A stretch of 64,000 nucleotides of DNA from a virus. Lineage: Duplodnaviria; Caudoviricetes. Within the stretch, counting starts at the first letter, position 1. Every line of letters begins with the position of its first letter. Below are positions 62,237 through 64,000 of the stretch, in pieces. The notes beneath the pieces were generated by a model. That model was not told the DNA's origin. It ran no database searches and saw nothing but the letters and a program-made list of their open reading frames with translations. The stretch lies in IMG/VR virus record IMGVR_UViG_3300009148_000002, positions 1-64,000 of that record. One strand, 5' to 3'. The position numbers and the translations under genes are program-made.

Positions 62237-62441
62237 CGACCTTTTACCGTGTCCATTCTGCGGCGGCAAGCCAGAGATGATTTTCAAAGGCAATGACAGG
62301 ACAGCAAAACGATCCGTAATAATCAAATGTCCTGATTGCCGATGCCAGCGCACGGATGCGGGAATACTCTCGCCGCTAACTACGCTAGCGCGTGGAGCGG
62401 TCGAACTGTGGAATAAGCGAGTCTCAGACACGCCTCACTAA
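62217..62441 (+). CDS. Lar-family restriction-alleviation-like protein
   Basis: LLPCPFCGG...CPDC...AVELWNKR. Confidence 0.8.
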   Translation: MDQIGNNDLLPCPFCGGKPEMIFKGNDRTAKRSVIIKCPDCRCQRTDAGILSPLTTLARGAVELWNKRVSDTPH

Positions 62442-62457
62442 ACGTTAAAATAAGATT

Positions 62458-62757
62458 ATGGCAACACAAAACAAAACGATGCTGTGGCCGCCGCGCAATT
62501 TCCAATGGCGTGCCGAGTTTGAATGGAAGATCCAAGACTTCTGGGTTGGGGCATTCTGGAAACGCCAAGGGCACTGTATAGACCTGTGGGTCTGCCTGAT
62601 TCCCTGTGTGCCTCTGCATATCTCATGGTGGTGGACTCGTGAACCGATGATGCGGTCGGACTTCCTGAAGCTCCCAATGCACCAGCGCAGGAAGATTCTC
62701 GAAAGCTGCTGCACTGAGGAAATGGTGAAGCATTACGAGGGAGGCGATGATGTCTAA
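62458..62757 (+). CDS. Trp-rich hypothetical protein
   Basis: EWKIQDFWVGAFW...LWVCLIPCVPLHI motif. Confidence 0.65.
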   Translation: MATQNKTMLWPPRNFQWRAEFEWKIQDFWVGAFWKRQGHCIDLWVCLIPCVPLHISWWWTREPMMRSDFLKLPMHQRRKILESCCTEEMVKHYEGGDDV

Positions 62758-62938
62758 CGTGCGGGTCATCGACGAACTGCGAGTGTGGCTCAAAATCGAA
62801 ATCCTAGAAGATGAAGGCGCGATGATAAACGCTCGCGACCACGGTGAATGGGACAGATACCACCGACTCGACGGCCACAGGAGCGCACTCGTACAGGTGA
62901 TTCACCACTTACGCTCCATACGCCAGAACGATAAATAG
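62747..62938 (+). CDS. Hypothetical protein
   Basis: Overlapping operonic ORF. Confidence 0.5.
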   Translation: MMSNVRVIDELRVWLKIEILEDEGAMINARDHGEWDRYHRLDGHRSALVQVIHHLRSIRQNDK

Positions 62939-62946
62939 GAGACAAC

Positions 62947-63186
62947 ATGGGAATAATAACACATGAAGTAATAGCGGTGGTGAAAAACACCGGACGAGGA
63001 ATGGAAATCGAGACATATCAAAGCCCACTGGCATTGGTAAAGTCGATTATGAACAGCGGTTCTCTCGGCGGCGGATGCTGCTACGGTGACGAGCAGCACG
63101 AGGCAGCCTTGGACACAATTGAAAAGCATCTGGCCTATGTGCGCAGAATGATCGAGCAACACAACGCAGCGGGAGGTGTAGAGTGA
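62947..63186 (+). CDS. Hypothetical protein
   Basis: GGAG RBS-like sequence upstream; GTGA overlap with next ORF. Confidence 0.6.
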   Translation: MGIITHEVIAVVKNTGRGMEIETYQSPLALVKSIMNSGSLGGGCCYGDEQHEAALDTIEKHLAYVRRMIEQHNAAGGVE

Positions 63187-63764
63187 CACCAAAGGAAGCA
63201 ATCAATTGGGTGAACTCACTGGAGTGCCAAGAAATCCACTTCAAGCACGTTTATCATGGAGTGGCCAATGTGATCCTAAATCTCGAAGACGTGCGAATAG
63301 CTGCTCTCGCCGAGGTCGCTCGCATTACTGAGGCAATTCAAGATGACTCTCCGCTTTGCAAACATGCGCTGCGCGCTCACCGAATACTTGCTTGCTCCAA
63401 GACGAGTGGGGAGAACGATGCGCCTACAATCAACTCTATTAAAACCCAAGATCGAGCCATGAGTGAAAGAATACCAAGGACCGGAAAATGTCCGCACGCG
63501 CTACCTTATGAGGAATGCGACGAATGCCGGTCGCCAAGCTCATTGTCTGAACCGACTGGCTCGGCTCATTACGCAATTGTTCTTAGGACGGGTAAAGTTC
63601 CAATTAAGAAAAGATTACAACGCAACGCTGCCGAACAAGTGCCAATGCTATCGGAACTCCGCACTCTGTATCCTGATGGTCTGCTGGCCTTGGTGGATGC
63701 GTGCGGCGGTGAGATAGCAGTTTGGCATCCAAAGGACGTGGAAGCGATGGTGGCGGCAGGATGA
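63183..63764 (+). CDS. Hypothetical, probable in-frame fusion across a decayed attC
   Basis: Internal ATG (63459) lies in the attC L' arm; SLSEPTGSA is encoded by the R''/L'' arm. Confidence 0.55.
   Translation: MTPKEAINWVNSLECQEIHFKHVYHGVANVILNLEDVRIAALAEVARITEAIQDDSPLCKHALRAHRILACSKTSGENDAPTINSIKTQDRAMSERIPRTGKCPHALPYEECDECRSPSSLSEPTGSAHYAIVLRTGKVPIKKRLQRNAAEQVPMLSELRTLYPDGLLALVDACGGEIAVWHPKDVEAMVAAG
63439..63565 (-). other. Degenerate attC site (127 bp)
   Basis: Minus strand GCCGAGC-CAGTC-GGTTCAGACAATGAG...CTCATGGCTCGATC-TTGG-GTTTTAA; R''/L'' arm closely resembles attC 5034-5166. Confidence 0.55.
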
Positions 63765-64000
63765 CCACAAACATGACAAACATATCTGACAAACTAAAAG
63801 CACTCCACGCCGAATGGTGTCGGATCACCGGACAGAATCCAGCCGACTTGAAATATCAAGCCGTCGAAAGATACCTGTGGGATTTCTTCAACAACGGATT
63901 TGTGCAAGATGATCTTAGGTGCGTGTTGGTATTCATCATTCACCAGAACTCGAAGCGCAAACCAGAATTCAGGCAGCGGCTTAACATTCACAATTTGCTT

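Noticed and set aside
62750-62795. Short attC at the start of ORF 62747
   Set aside because: A GTTAGAC core is present but arm pairing is poor and no matching inverse core was found

Overview
The window holds most of a temperate tailed-phage (or prophage) genome. The layout is podovirus-like: terminase, portal, scaffold, major capsid, tail-tubular-like proteins and large ejection-type proteins, with no tape-measure or sheath gene seen. The host is unknown; a Verrucomicrobia-like host is a weak inference. The early regions (1-14 kb and 55-64 kb, mostly + strand) encode an ERF/YqaJ recombination pair, a phage-type tyrosine integrase, HNH endonucleases, a DNA methyltransferase and a minimal class III nucleotide cyclase. 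About nine glycosyltransferase/methyltransferase-like genes lie at 8-18 kb. Two systems stand out. (1) A phage-borne integron: intI at 5739-6692, an attI-like site and canonical attC sites with correctly placed extrahelical bases. Every cassette gene is antisense to its attC, and further cassettes, attI-like sites and decayed attC sites are dispersed at 7.0-7.9 kb and 59.4-63.6 kb. Genes start inside attC sites and read through them. (2) A family of structured non-coding RNAs at 31.8-32.05 kb and 60.1-60.8 kb. Each is closed by a long stem whose base, GTTCTTTGA...TCAGNGAAC, is conserved and covaries. One encloses a tRNA-like RNA whose anticodon loop is replaced by about 85 nt of hairpins. All calls were made by eye; no database search or folding program was run.
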